Part shown: positions 11,215 to 41,852 of the stretch, in pieces
How the letters are laid out: every line of letters begins with the position of its first letter
Position numbering within the stretch: position 1 is the first letter of the stretch
Origin: Macrostomum lignano
Lineage: Eukaryota
Length of the DNA stretch: 64,000 bases
Assembly: GCA_002269645.1 (NCBI GenBank)
Contig: NIVC01001635.1
Location: 186,001 to 250,000, forward strand
Direction of reading: 5' to 3'
Translations under genes and position numbers: made by a program
Notes under the pieces: model-generated
The model's input: only the letters and a program-made list of their open reading frames with translations
What the model was told of the DNA's origin: nothing
Databases searched by the model: none

Positions 11215-13307
11215 GCATGATAGGCATTTATTTTAGCATTATATGAGGGGCGTTTCAGTTTAAAACACCCCTTGTAGGTACTCATTTTGGTGCCAAAGGC
11301 ACTCATTTTAATAGCAAAGACATAATATTTTGGCACATTGAAGAAAAATTATTGATTATCACAAAAGGTCACAAGGTAGGATGGGGCTAAGGAGATAAAG
11401 CTTTTATTAGGGGAGATAACTCTACCTCTCAATATAGTAATGTGCCTACATTAGATGCTATCTACCATTACCAAGGCCAAAATATCAAATGACCCTTGTT
11501 TGAGTACAATTAGGTTGGGTGGCATGGCTAGGCTATTTTGTAATTAGTTTTATATATTGAATTATTTATATTGAAAATAATAGTAACCATTATAATAGTA
11601 AAAATAATAACATTTTAAGCTTAATAAGTAATAGAATAAAAATTAAAAAACAAATTTTATTTTTATTGAATGCCTAGTTTTATTTAAATGCATATAAACA
11701 ATGTTAGACAATTAGGCCTATTTAAATAGGCCTATAATTCTAATTATCTTTTTATAATTTGCCTATATCTTATTTTTGCTGCCTTTTAAATTTTAGTGCT
11801 TTTATAACTATATAAAGTACCTATAATATTAAAATGAGTGCTTTTAGCAACAAAAAAGTGCCTATATTGCCAAAATAAGTATCTACAAAGTACAATGCTA
11901 AACTGAAAGCTTGCAATGCCAAAATGAGTGCTTGCAGTGCCAAAAGAAGTGCCTATGGCACTAAAATGAATAGGCCTATGCCTAGGCCTACATATAGCTG
12001 TAACTACAAGCTGTAGCACTAAAATCAGTAGGCCCCTAGTGATAACATGATTCTCAAAATAATAGAAATGAAGGAATTTAGTCATGGGATATATAGTTCT
12101 TTGCTTTGTCCTTCCTACCATAAAATCCATGGTAATGTTCCTAACCTAATATAGTAGGCCTATAATGACATCCTATTAGAGAAATTTGCTAGGGCCTAAG
12201 ATATTGGCAATGGTAGGCCTATAGAAATACAAACATAAGAATCTAGACAAGAAATAGGTTCTAGATAATAGGGCCTAAAATAGGCATAGGCTCTAAAAAG
12301 GGATACTTGATACTAATAGTTGATAGCTACTACTAGGTGGCCAAGTCTTTCTAATTTCAATGATAGGGCCTAGGCCTGGCTAAATTTGGCAACAAAGTTA
12401 CTGACCACTGACTGACCCATAAATTCTATAGGCCTACCAGCCAATTTTTGGTTAAAAAATTGCATTGATTTGATAGCTCCATATATAGGGCCTATATCAT
12501 GTTGGCCAACACTAACAGCCACAGGAATTTGGCTATCTGTACTGTATAGTAGGGCCTACTCTAGTCAAAATCAAACAAAAACTACGAAGCAACAAAATGC
12601 TAAAGTTAAAAATCTAAACCAATAATTGAAATACGATAGGCTTAGTCGATAGGCCTATGTAGTGCACAGATTCAGATATATACAGGACAGGAGTTGAAGA
12701 TACAACACTGTCACTGACTAACTGACAGTCAGTATGTATATTATATTGACTCTAGCTACTATCAAGTTGTTGATGAAATATTTGATTTTTTTAAAATCTA
12801 ACCGATTATGTTAAGTATGTATGGACAGAATTATATGCCTAATATGCCTACCAGCGGCGGGTGGCGTCTATACAGAGAAAAGAATGTAAAATATCGAATT
12901 CGTTTATGATATTCGGGACTCATTGAAAAAATTATTTTTTGTATTTTTTGTTTACATTTTAAAACAAAACTAAACGGACGCCCTAGTTAGATAGAATTAC
13001 TTAGCTTGAATCTCCGTTTTAGGTTTAACAATCGTTTTTTAAACAGATTTTGAAGACCGAGAAGGCAAGCCTGCCCGGCAAATTCTCTACACGAAGCTCA
13101 CGTTCATGTATACGGCGGTCTCGCATGCTTGGATATCCAGGTCAGAATTTTCGCTCACTTGGTTAGTTCTTGACCCAATGAATGTTATTTTTAAGCTTAC
13201 CTTACACTAACTTTTTCGTTGGTACCAATTTCATGTCATAAATATGCAGAGTGCACGTATAGTATATAAGTATGAATTGTATTCATGCATGTCCCTTCGT
13301 CCTTCGA

Positions 13308-13735
13308 GCCTATACCGGCGGGTTCCCGCAGCAGCTAATCGACGCTGTCGCTGTTTTGTGATACTCGAGCTGCTGAGGTGACGGTGGACGGCCTGTATGA
13401 CCTGTTCGACACCTTATCAGGAGTTCTGCAGGGTGACACACACTATATCGCCGTTCCTCTGAAGTCGTGCTGCTGCTGAACTGGGTGGTTCGGACAAGTC
13501 CTTGCCGACATCTCAGCGGACCTGACGTGCCGCGGCGCAGACGGGCAGACGATCAAATTAGCTCGCACGCTGCCAGCGGTTCACCGCGGTCTGGTCCCTC
13601 GGAGGAAGACCTCCGGGGCGTCCTCCAGTCCAAAGCGCTGTCCAATTGCGACCGGCAGAGGGCTCGGCTGTGACAGGCGGTGGTCGAAACCGTCCTGCTA
13701 TATATAACGCCGAAACGTGGACGCTGACGGCTACT
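13308..13735 (+). mobile_element. Degenerate RTE-like non-LTR retrotransposon reverse-transcriptase fragment
   Basis: Frameshifted translation gives PQQLIDAVAVL..DTRAA..VDGLYDLFDTLSGVLQGDT..PFL...LLNWV..., then LRGVLQSKAL...QAVVETVLLYNAETWTLT. Both the G(V)xQGD RT motif and the LLY.AETWTL RTE C-terminal motif are present; internally deleted. Confidence 0.8.
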
Positions 13736-13759
13736 GTACATGTAGCTGGAGCGTCAGTA

Positions 13760-14428
13760 GAGAAGGGAGAGAAAAAGAGAAGAGAATATAGGAGACGAGA
13801 GGACGAGAGGTGAAGAGAGATGAAATCGGCGAGGAGAGAGAAGGGAGAGGACAGAAGAGAGAGGGGGGAGGGAACAGGAGAGGAGAGGAGAGGAGAGAAG
13901 ACAGAGAAGAGAGAATGGAGAGGAGAGAAGAGAAGGAGAGGAGAGAGGAGATCCGCGAAAATGGGGAGGAGAGAGCAGAGGAGAAAAGGGTGAGGAGAGG
14001 AGAGGAGAGGAGAGGAGAGGAGAGGAGAGGAGAGGAGAGGAGAGGAGAGGAGAGGAGAGGAGAGGAGAGGAGAGGAGAGGAGAGGAGAGGAGAGGAGAGG
14101 AGAGGAGAGGAGAGGAGAGGAGAGGAGAGGAGAGGAGAGGAGAGGAGAGGAGAGGAGAGGAGAGGAGAGGAGAGGAGAGGAGAGGAGAGGAGAGGAGAGG
14201 AGAGGAGAGGAGAGGAGAGGAGAGGAGAGAGGAGGGGAGAGGAGGGGAGACGAAAGGAGAGGAGGGGAGGGGAGAGGAGAGGAGAGGAGAGGAGAGGAGA
14301 GGAGGGGAGAGGAGGGGAGACGAAAGGAGAGGAGGGGAGGGGAGAGGAGAGGAGAGGAGAGGAGAGGAGAGGAGAGGAGAGGAGAGGAGAGGAGAGAAGA
14401 GAGGAGAGGAGAGAGGAGAGAGGAGAGG
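13760..14428. repeat. (GGAGA)n pentanucleotide microsatellite with GA-rich flanks
   Basis: Near-perfect run at ~13993-14228; source of ORFs 13558..14433, 13754..14563 and 13810..14556. Confidence 0.97.
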
Positions 14429-14484
14429 CGCAAGCCTTGAGAGAGCCGGATGCTCTCTCACAGAGCTATTGCAAAGTTTCAAAG

Positions 14485-14555
14485 GACCCCGAGGGCCGGA
14501 TGGAGAGGCTTTATGGGCCTCATGTGGCCCGCGGGCCGGAGTTTGCCGACCCCTG
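14485..14555 (-). mobile_element. hAT (Charlie/MER58-like) terminal fragment
   Basis: The minus strand reads CAGGGGTCGGCAAACTCCGGCCCGCGGGCC, the typical hAT-Charlie terminus with GGCCCG subterminal motifs. The partner end was not found. Confidence 0.65.
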
Positions 14556-15139
14556 ATTTGCAATATAAATTTAATTTGCAGCCAGTTCCATTTGACATTT
14601 TAGCTACATGTACATTTACTAGAAGTAGTGCGCATAGAAAATACATTCTAAATCTGTCAAATTCAGTAGCTATATATGCGCACGTTCGAATATAGCAATG
14701 AGGCTTGATAATATTTTAAATGAGATACACTGTATCTGTTTCTACGAAAGGACCCAGCTCACACTCAAGTAGAAGCAGAATGCTATCCTTTAATTATTAT
14801 TTGATTTGCATGCGCAGAGTCTATAGAAAGTCTTTCTAGACTTTAAATCTGGTTTATCAGTTGACAGTACCAAAGCTTTATCTAGATTCATTAGAAGATT
14901 TTAGCTGCGAGTTTTAAATTCAATTTTGTTGTCAGCGGCATGCGCTAGCTCCGTTTTGATAAAGTTTATGTTTAGTGCATGCTATTGCAATGCTTGACTG
15001 CTTGTGTGTCCATTAATTATACGATTCTGTGGAATAAACAGAAGCTGATCGAGGAGTTAGGGCTATCAACTGTTAGCAGTGAGCATTAGAAGGTCAAAGG
15101 GAGAAGGGAGAATTTAGGAGCGTCCAGTGACAGTCTGGA

Positions 15140-15535
15140 GGCTTGGGGGAATTGCGGTGACAATCTGAAGGATTAAGGGGGAATTGCGGTGACAATCTGA
15201 AGGATTAAGGGGGAATTGCGGTGACAATCTGAAGAATTGGGGAAGGAATTGCGGTGACAATCTGAAGGATTAAGGGGGAATTGCGGTGACAATCTGAAGG
15301 ATTAAGGGGGAATTGCGGTGACAATCTGAAGGATTAGGGGGAATTGCGGTGACAATCTGAAGGATTAAGGGGGAATTGCGGTGACAATCTGAAGAATTGG
15401 GGAAGGAATTGCGGTGACAATCTGAAGGATTGGGGAAGGAATTGCGGTGACAATCTGAAGGATTGGGGAAGGAATTGCGGTGACAATCTGAAGGATTGGG
15501 GAAGAAATTGCGGTGACAATCTGAAGGATTGGGGA
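15140..15535. repeat. 32-33-bp minisatellite (GAATTGCGGTGACAATCTGAAGGATT..GG)
   Basis: About 12 tandem units. Confidence 0.95.
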
Positions 15536-16067
15536 CTTTCAAAAGAGGGAATTCAAATGACCAGTTCATGGCACTAAACAGAGCGCTTGATAAAAATTGA
15601 AATTTGAGATAATTCTACACACACGGGATCATTGCAGCTTGCATTGAGAAGTGCTCAAACGTAAGATTTTCTCACGTCATCATGCTCAATATAGATAGGA
15701 GGGTAAATACAGACTGGAAGCTCGAATTTCTCTGTAGACTCTTACCCCCCCCCACCCCCCTTAATAGCCAGGTGGCACATGAGGCACCTTTTCTCTAATA
15801 GTATAATAATTGTGCTCCGGCTCTGTGCAGCATATCTCTGCTTTACTTGCTTGCGGCAGTTGCTTGGCAGACTGCAGTTATAGCGGTCTGCAAACTGCCA
15901 CTTCAGCTATTTTCTGGGGTGGGGTGGTGGTGTAGGGTGCAGCTGAGAGACAGACCGGCAGTCAGTTGGGGCGCAAGGACACCTTAAACTGCAGATCTAG
16001 ACAAGGAAACAGGGGCCTTTAGCTGTTTTTGTTTGACTGTAGTTGAGAGAATAGCTTGACTTATCTT

Positions 16068-16808
16068 GGCGCCCCTCTTGCATTAGCTTTGGCGCCACTT
16101 GCAGTAGCTTTGGCGCCACTTGCAGTAGCTTTGGCGCCACTTGCAGTAGCTTTGGCGCCACTTGAAGTAGCTTTGGCGCCACTTGCAGTAGCTTTGGCGC
16201 CCCCTTGCAGTAGCTTTGGCGCCCCCTTGCAGTAGCTTTGGCGCCACTTGCAGTAGCTTTGGCGCCACTTGCAGTAGCTTTGACGCCCCCTTGCAGTAGC
16301 TTTGGCGCCACTTGCAGTAGCTTTGGCGCCACTTGCAGTAGCTTTGGCGCCCCCTTGCAGTAGCTTTGGCGCCCCCTTGCAGTAGATTAATTTGGCGCCC
16401 CCATGCAGTAGATTAATTTGGCGCCCCCTTGCAATAGATTAATTTGGCGCCCCCATGCAGTAGATTAATTTGGCGCCCCCTTGCAGTAGATTAATTTGGC
16501 GCACCCTTGCAGTAGATTAATTTGGCGCCCCCTTGCAGTAGATTAATTTGGCGCCCCCTTGCAGTAGATTAATTTGGCGCCCCCATGCAGTAGATTAATT
16601 TGGCGCCCCCTTGCAATAGATTAATTTGGCGCCCCCTTGCAGTAGATTAATTTGGCGCCCCCTTGCAGTAGATTAATTTGGCGCACCCTTGCAGTAGATT
16701 AATTTGGCGCCCCCTTGCAGTAGATTAATTTGGCGCCCCTTGCAGTAGATTAATTTGGCGCCCCCCTTGCAGTAGATTAATTTGGCGCCCCCTTGCAGTA
16801 GCTTTGGC
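16068..16808. repeat. Compound GGCGCC minisatellite: 21-bp units (CTTGCAGTAGCTTTGGCGCCA) switching to 26-bp units (CTTGCAGTAGATTAATTTGGCGCCCC)
   Basis: Tandem units; the switch is at ~16380 and one 21-type unit recurs at the right end. Confidence 0.95.
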
Positions 16809-17037
16809 TTTCCAGACTGTATCTTTAGAACTCCCCGGTCTGAGGGTCTGATAGCTCTCCAACTCTCACCCTCGGTCTCTGCCTGTCCCTGAGAAAATAG
16901 TGTTGTTGATTAGCGTTTTACTGGTGGCATGCGTGTTGACACAACTATAATTTATTATGCATATGTATAAACTGCGCAATGTTTTTCAAGAATTTTTAAA
17001 ATTATGGCTGTAGCGGAGCGCCAAATGTATTCTCACC

Positions 17038-18040
<1,003 letters not shown>

Positions 18041-18416
18041 TACACGCACAAAACTACTGCACTGAAATACAATTAACTAATTAGTCGTCAAGGAAGTTTT
18101 ATCTTTTGGAATTAAAAAAATCAGATCAACTATAAACCAACACGGTTCGGCTGAAGCTCGGGCATTTGGGCTGACTGGTCCCTCAGGTTCTCTAACCCTG
18201 ACTCCACACTGCAACTGCGAACTGAAAATCTGAAACTTCCTGAGCAGCCAGAGGGTGGTTGAGTGAAGATTCTCATTGGTTCTGGGCCAAGGGTGGGCCA
18301 TACGCTATATGAATGCAGCATTTAGGTAAGTTGCAGGTAAGAACGACCTGCAAGACGGCAACGCAAAGAAGCAGAGAATCAGGCCATGCTACTAGTAAAT
18401 CTACTTTGATAAATTT

Positions 18417-18430
18417 GCAGCCATAGCAAC
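18417..18430. promoter_or_regulatory. X-box-like motif GCAGCCATAGCAAC ~90 bp upstream of the predicted AGBL start codon
   Basis: Strong RFX half-site CCATAGCAAC with a degenerate 5' half, at a promoter-proximal position. Confidence 0.45.
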
Positions 18431-18518
18431 CAAGGTCAAGGTGAGCTTCAATGCGAGAGTCTAACCGTACAAAATCAGCAAACTGATTTGCAATAATCGA
18501 ATAGTTTTTTTTTAAATC

Positions 18519-37075
<18,557 letters not shown>

Positions 37076-37891
37076 TATTATCAAAATGTTTTGATTTTGT
37101 TTAACGCATCCATACGAAATCGAATTATTAAATTAATTTCATAGTGATTTAATTACGAAAATTTAAATTCTTGGCCATCTATCCAATACTGTCGGTGTGC
37201 ATGCTTGTTTCTCTCAGTCTATAGGGAAATAGACTTTTGTATGCCATATTTGCTCTATTTCACTTCCAAGGCTCTTTGTATACATAAGACACTACTATCT
37301 ATGTATTACTTATTCCCTCCCTAGTCTCTGAAATAAAGTAGCTAATGCCTTTCTGTCATCCTTTAACTTTGTTGATTTTAATATGACCCTAAACTGACTA
37401 AACTAAAACTAAAACACTTGCAAGTACTACGATCGTATGTACGAGTCGTACAAGTACAAGCGTCGGTTTTGTCAGTGTCTTTCACTTTCACGCGAGAGAA
37501 AACAATTTAATGTACTTTAATTAATTTTACTAATAAACAACAAGTTTTTTTTAACGACTCATCTAGGAGTAAATAAAAGGAAAAAGTATTGGTGTACTAT
37601 TAGTAAGTGTTTTTTCATTCTTTATCAGTTTATCAGTCGTGTTGCGTATTCACCGATTAAGAAAGAGAGCATACAGCGACCTTGATTCGTTCATTAAGCC
37701 AGGGCTAGGTAATAAAACCATTTTATTTGTTTCGTTTAGCACTGCAGTATAACGGCGACGGGACTTGACCCCCCCGGCTTTTATGCACGCGCTTGAAGTT
37801 CACACGCACCCAGTCAGCCCCAACTCCTTTTTGACAAGCAGGCTTGTTAGTTAGGGGGTTTCGGGGGCCAGGGCTAATTTTAAAAAAGCCC

Positions 37892-37906
37892 AGCCAATCA
37901 GAGGCG
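37892..37906 (+). promoter_or_regulatory. CCAAT box (AGCCAATCAG) followed by a GC-box-like GAGGCGG, likely the promoter of the orphan gene
   Basis: Lies upstream of a GTAAGT donor at 38144 and a CAACAG acceptor at 38379, which define a 5'UTR intron before ATG 38429. Confidence 0.45.
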
Positions 37907-38428
37907 GCATAGGGTGAGACTTGCCCAGCGTCATGTATGTACATTTAGATTGTACACCCAAAGCCTGACCGCCTGAAACAACAAACTCAGCCAACCTTGG
38001 ATGAAATAAAGCCTTCATTTTTATTGGCTTATTTTTTGGCTCACTAAACTGACTCTTGAAAAAACATATTAGAAGACATTATACGACTTTGTTTCAATGT
38101 TTTGACTGCCGTGACGTGACGCCTATTCGTAGGAACTGTGTATGTAAGTTGCCATTTTTGCTAAAAGCTACCTCTAATAAGGCCTTCATGATGGCCTTCA
38201 TGTCTGCTTGATAAAGCAACGAAGCTACCATACTAAACCAAACATGTCTTAGCATGATGCGTTCTTAGACATAAAAAATTTGAAAAACGGGTGAAGCACC
38301 ATGTTGCATGTATAAAATAATCTAAAATTCCCATTCAAACATGTATACGAACATATGGCTAATTCGTTTAACACAACAGGTGACAAAACAGACTCTGGAG
38401 AGGACTCATCAGGACACAGACCAGTGGC

Positions 38429-39931
38429 ATGTGGCTCCAAGGCGATCCCAGCTGCCACAAGCATCACCAGCTGTTGCAAGAGCACCATCGTCAGGTTCAC
38501 CAAAGCGCCGTGCATCTGAGGCAAATTCCGCCTTGCACCGTCAGCTCACCGGAGCGTCCGCTGCATCTGCTGCTGCCCCTGACGGAGACGCCAGCGCACA
38601 ACGCCACCGGCACATCGTCGGGACAGTCAACGGTTAGACGGACCGCTGCGGTGCCTGACTCGGACGACGGCTTGCTGCGCTTTCCCGGCCAGCGCAAAGC
38701 CAGCGTGCCGCGCACCCCAGTTCGTCCAGACGTCAGCTGGATTCGCCCGTCCGATGTCACCGACAATAAAGTCGACGATTGCAACCGATTAAAGCGACCT
38801 CCACTGCCACCGACGCCACCGCCGCTGCCCCCGCCGCCGCCACCACCTCGTTCAACGCCTCCAGTTCCAACTCAACAGTCGTCGAACTCCAAGCTACAGC
38901 AGCCGCCATCGTTGCCGCCTCCGCCTACGGAGGAAGAGGTGCAACTATTGTTCAAACGACTTAATGTCAGACCAACAGCGACAACGACCGAGAAGGCCGT
39001 CTGCAGCGCCAGCAAGAAGGTAATTGACTGGCAGTTGAAGCACGCCTGCCAGACTGCAACCGGACAAATCGAACAACAGCGTGAAAAGCCGTTGCCCAAG
39101 CAGCCACTTCGTCGGGCCACCAACTTGGCTGATGGCCTCGACAGGGTTGGTGAGCAGGAGCTTGTCAAAACTGATCGGCCGTCTGTAAAAGAGTTTGGTA
39201 GCCAGCAGCGGAAGGTGGCTACTCGTACCTTGGTAGCGTCCCCAAAGCGTAATCAACATCCTGAGCAATCGGCCGGGCCCGACGACCAAGCCTGGCGAAA
39301 TTTTCGTCGCGTCCAACGCGAACTTCAGGCGCCGTTGCGTCGGATCGCTGAGCGATTGCGCTCGGACGACGAGGGAGCAGCTCAAGTGGACGACGGCGGT
39401 TCTGGCTACGAGGACGGCGAAGACACCGAAGCGGTGCCACGGGCTTGTCGAAATACCGCCGACAGGCGCTCGTGCCAGCGCGACTCCGCGACGGTTGCGT
39501 CATCTGCCGAACTGCACCGCCTCGAGCGGCAGCTTAGCGAGCTACGAGCCGACAGTCGGTCCGCTCAGCGGCGCCTACAGCATCGACTCTGCGTTGACGA
39601 TGCTCGACAGTCGAGAAAATCCTGCGCCTGCTGGCATCGCAAGCATCTTCATCATTGTCATCACCATCAGCATCAGCAGCAGGCCAGCAATCAGGCTGAC
39701 GCGCTGCTTCTAGCTCGAGCTCGGCGCGACATTCTCCGGCGCCGGCGCCAGTCGCGCGAAGCGCTGGCTAGAGAGAGTCGCTCACTGGAGCGCCGATGCG
39801 ACCGGCTGCGCGTTCGATTGAGCGAATTCGGTCGACGGCTGGCCGAGTGGCCGGAAGGTGCAGCTTCCGGTGCGCTGAGCGACTGCGACAGCGAACTGCG
39901 AGCTGCCGCTGCTGTTCTGACTGAAGACTGA
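38429..39931 (+). CDS. Hypothetical 500-aa protein with a single coding exon: His/Gln-rich N-terminus, poly-Pro tract, predicted coiled-coil C-terminus
   Basis: A 1503-bp uninterrupted, non-repetitive, GC-rich ORF with coding-like composition. No family recognised. Confidence 0.72.
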   Translation: MWLQGDPSCHKHHQLLQEHHRQVHQSAVHLRQIPPCTVSSPERPLHLLLPLTETPAHNATGTSSGQSTVRRTAAVPDSDDGLLRFPGQRKASVPRTPVRPDVSWIRPSDVTDNKVDDCNRLKRPPLPPTPPPLPPPPPPPRSTPPVPTQQSSNSKLQQPPSLPPPPTEEEVQLLFKRLNVRPTATTTEKAVCSASKKVIDWQLKHACQTATGQIEQQREKPLPKQPLRRATNLADGLDRVGEQELVKTDRPSVKEFGSQQRKVATRTLVASPKRNQHPEQSAGPDDQAWRNFRRVQRELQAPLRRIAERLRSDDEGAAQVDDGGSGYEDGEDTEAVPRACRNTADRRSCQRDSATVASSAELHRLERQLSELRADSRSAQRRLQHRLCVDDARQSRKSCACWHRKHLHHCHHHQHQQQASNQADALLLARARRDILRRRRQSREALARESRSLERRCDRLRVRLSEFGRRLAEWPEGAASGALSDCDSELRAAAAVLTED

Positions 39932-40290
39932 TGACGTTTTAAGACTACAGTTACCATTTCAGTGCTGATTGATGTCCCTTTTTACTTGACTTTTTCAATT
40001 TCTGTAAGTGCCCTTCTGACGTAATTTCACTTACTGAACGCTTCTTCTTTGATTTTTATTACTCTGGACAGAAAAGAAACAGAAAAAATGACAAAAAACT
40101 CTGTTTTGATTTTTATACAGTCGGTGTTGGACTGCAGTTTTGCTATATAGGTGTTGGTACATTTCGATTGTCCTTTATATTTTGAGTTGTTGCATTAACA
40201 ATGTCCTTAGAACAATTATTCCATTCTTAATTCATCTATAAAGCTTAAAATTCACACCAGTCGCCGACTCTAAACTAGATCGTATCGTAT

Positions 40291-41515
40291 TCAGAAGTAT
40301 AGATATTTCTGCCAGTCCATTAGCTCGGCAATGCTGCGATGAGGCAGCAGCACGATCGAGTCGTTGCCTTTGATAATCACGCACTCTCGCTTAGTCGGTT
40401 GCCAATAGAAGCCCAAACAGGTGGGAAAGATTTTCTGGCACCTGTGCGAGCACATCAGCCGATTTCTGACCGTAGTGCCGGCCACCGAGGCGGCCTCTTG
40501 CCAGCAGGCGGCTACAGGACGCGTAGCGTCAGATAGGTCTTTGTAGAAGGCAGTCGAATTGCCGTTGGACTGAATAAACCGACCGGTGGACATTGCGACG
40601 GGTGAATTGGGGAGCTGGTAAAGCTGGTCCGCGGGAGCAGAGTTGTGCTCCGAAATCGAGTAGCAATAGATGCTGTTGAGTTCGGTACAGGTGGCGTCGC
40701 GTAGCTCGATGCCTGCATCTGACGACGGACTGTGGCTCATGGAGACGACACAGTCCTGACAACGATTTAATAAATTATTTGTTTGTTAGCGATGAGTAAA
40801 TACGAATATAACTAGATTTTATAGTATATTGGGGGGTCTGTAGTCTAATGGTTGGAACGTCGGACTCGAGACTGAAAGGTCCCACTAGGAACGATTTGTG
40901 TCCTTGAGCAAGACACTCAACTCTGCATTGCTTCAGCTCACCCAGCTGTAAAATGGGTACCAGCTTGTGCAATTATAAGCGCACACACACCTGATCTCCT
41001 CCGTAATTATTCGGCTCAACGCTGTTAAATCCGCTGTCTGTCGGGCCGGTCACTTGACCGTCAAGAATCCACACCCAGCCGTCCTTCCTGGTGTCCCGTT
41101 CATCGCCAGAGTCGGTGAGTCCGACCCACCAGCCCGGATCCACCAGGAAGTCGCTGATCCGAGCGCGCATCGATTCGAAGACTCGCCTGCTGATTGGCTC
41201 CTGGTGATCATGAATAGTTACGCATAATAATACCTGCATGCGACAGCCTCATCTATTGTCTCAAACACACCAACCACTTACAGTGTCCAGCCCACTTCCT
41301 CTTCATCAGTTCCTCACCTGTCCGTTGCTGTGGCAGGCGCGCACAGCCTGGCAGAAGTCAGCAGTGAAGTTGTAGGCATAGACGCAGTACTTCAGTGACG
41401 AATCCTGTACATCCGGCACGGTGAAGCTGTTCGGTTGGCATGACAACGAGGCTGTGACAGCTATCAGCAGCGAAGCAAATAGAAGACAAAGCACTGTAAA
41501 GCATTTTGGTGGCAT
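40291..41515 (-). CDS. Secreted C-type lectin (EPN motif) with a C-terminal PAN/apple-like domain, ~301 aa. Exons 41515-41318, 41233-40991, 40755-40291.
   Basis: Signal peptide (CFTVLCLLFASLLIAVTA) and CTLD cysteines with WWVGL..D...GWVW..G...EPNNYGGDQDCV...LRDATC...YC, followed by C-x3-C...C-x-GFYW...C. Both GT-AG introns are phase 0. Confidence 0.85.
40831..40964 (+). mobile_element. CORE-type SINE copy (3'-truncated) in a lectin-gene intron
   Basis: tRNA-like head GGGGGTCTGTAGTCTAATGG followed by TTGTGTCCTTGAGCAAGACACTCAACTCTGCATTGCTTCAGCTCACCCAGCTGTAAAATGGGTACC. Confidence 0.85.
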
Positions 41516-41852
41516 AATTGAATTTCAAATCAAAGAAGGCTTGCGAAAATTGATTGTGTCCTCTTTTATAGACTCTTAAACAAAGGGTGTTTTTCCTTGA
41601 TTTTTTTTCCCAAGCGTGACTGAAACAATTCTGGGAGGATAGGCGAAGGTTCTCAGCCAAGGAAGAAAGTTGCGTGCTCTGATGAGTAAACAAAATTTCA
41701 GCATCGATGAGTGGCGAAAACGGAAATTTGATTGAATGGCATTTAAAAACTAAATTCCCAATTTTTTGTTCTTTGTTCTCTGCCGTCTCGCCGATGGGAA
41801 ATTAATGACAAAATAGAACTCTGTTGTCGAATTTGTCGAACTGAATTTAATT

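Noticed and set aside
11786-12130. 114-aa ORF in the CpG desert
   Set aside because: AT-rich degenerate ~22-bp repeats, with no recognisable motif or splice context
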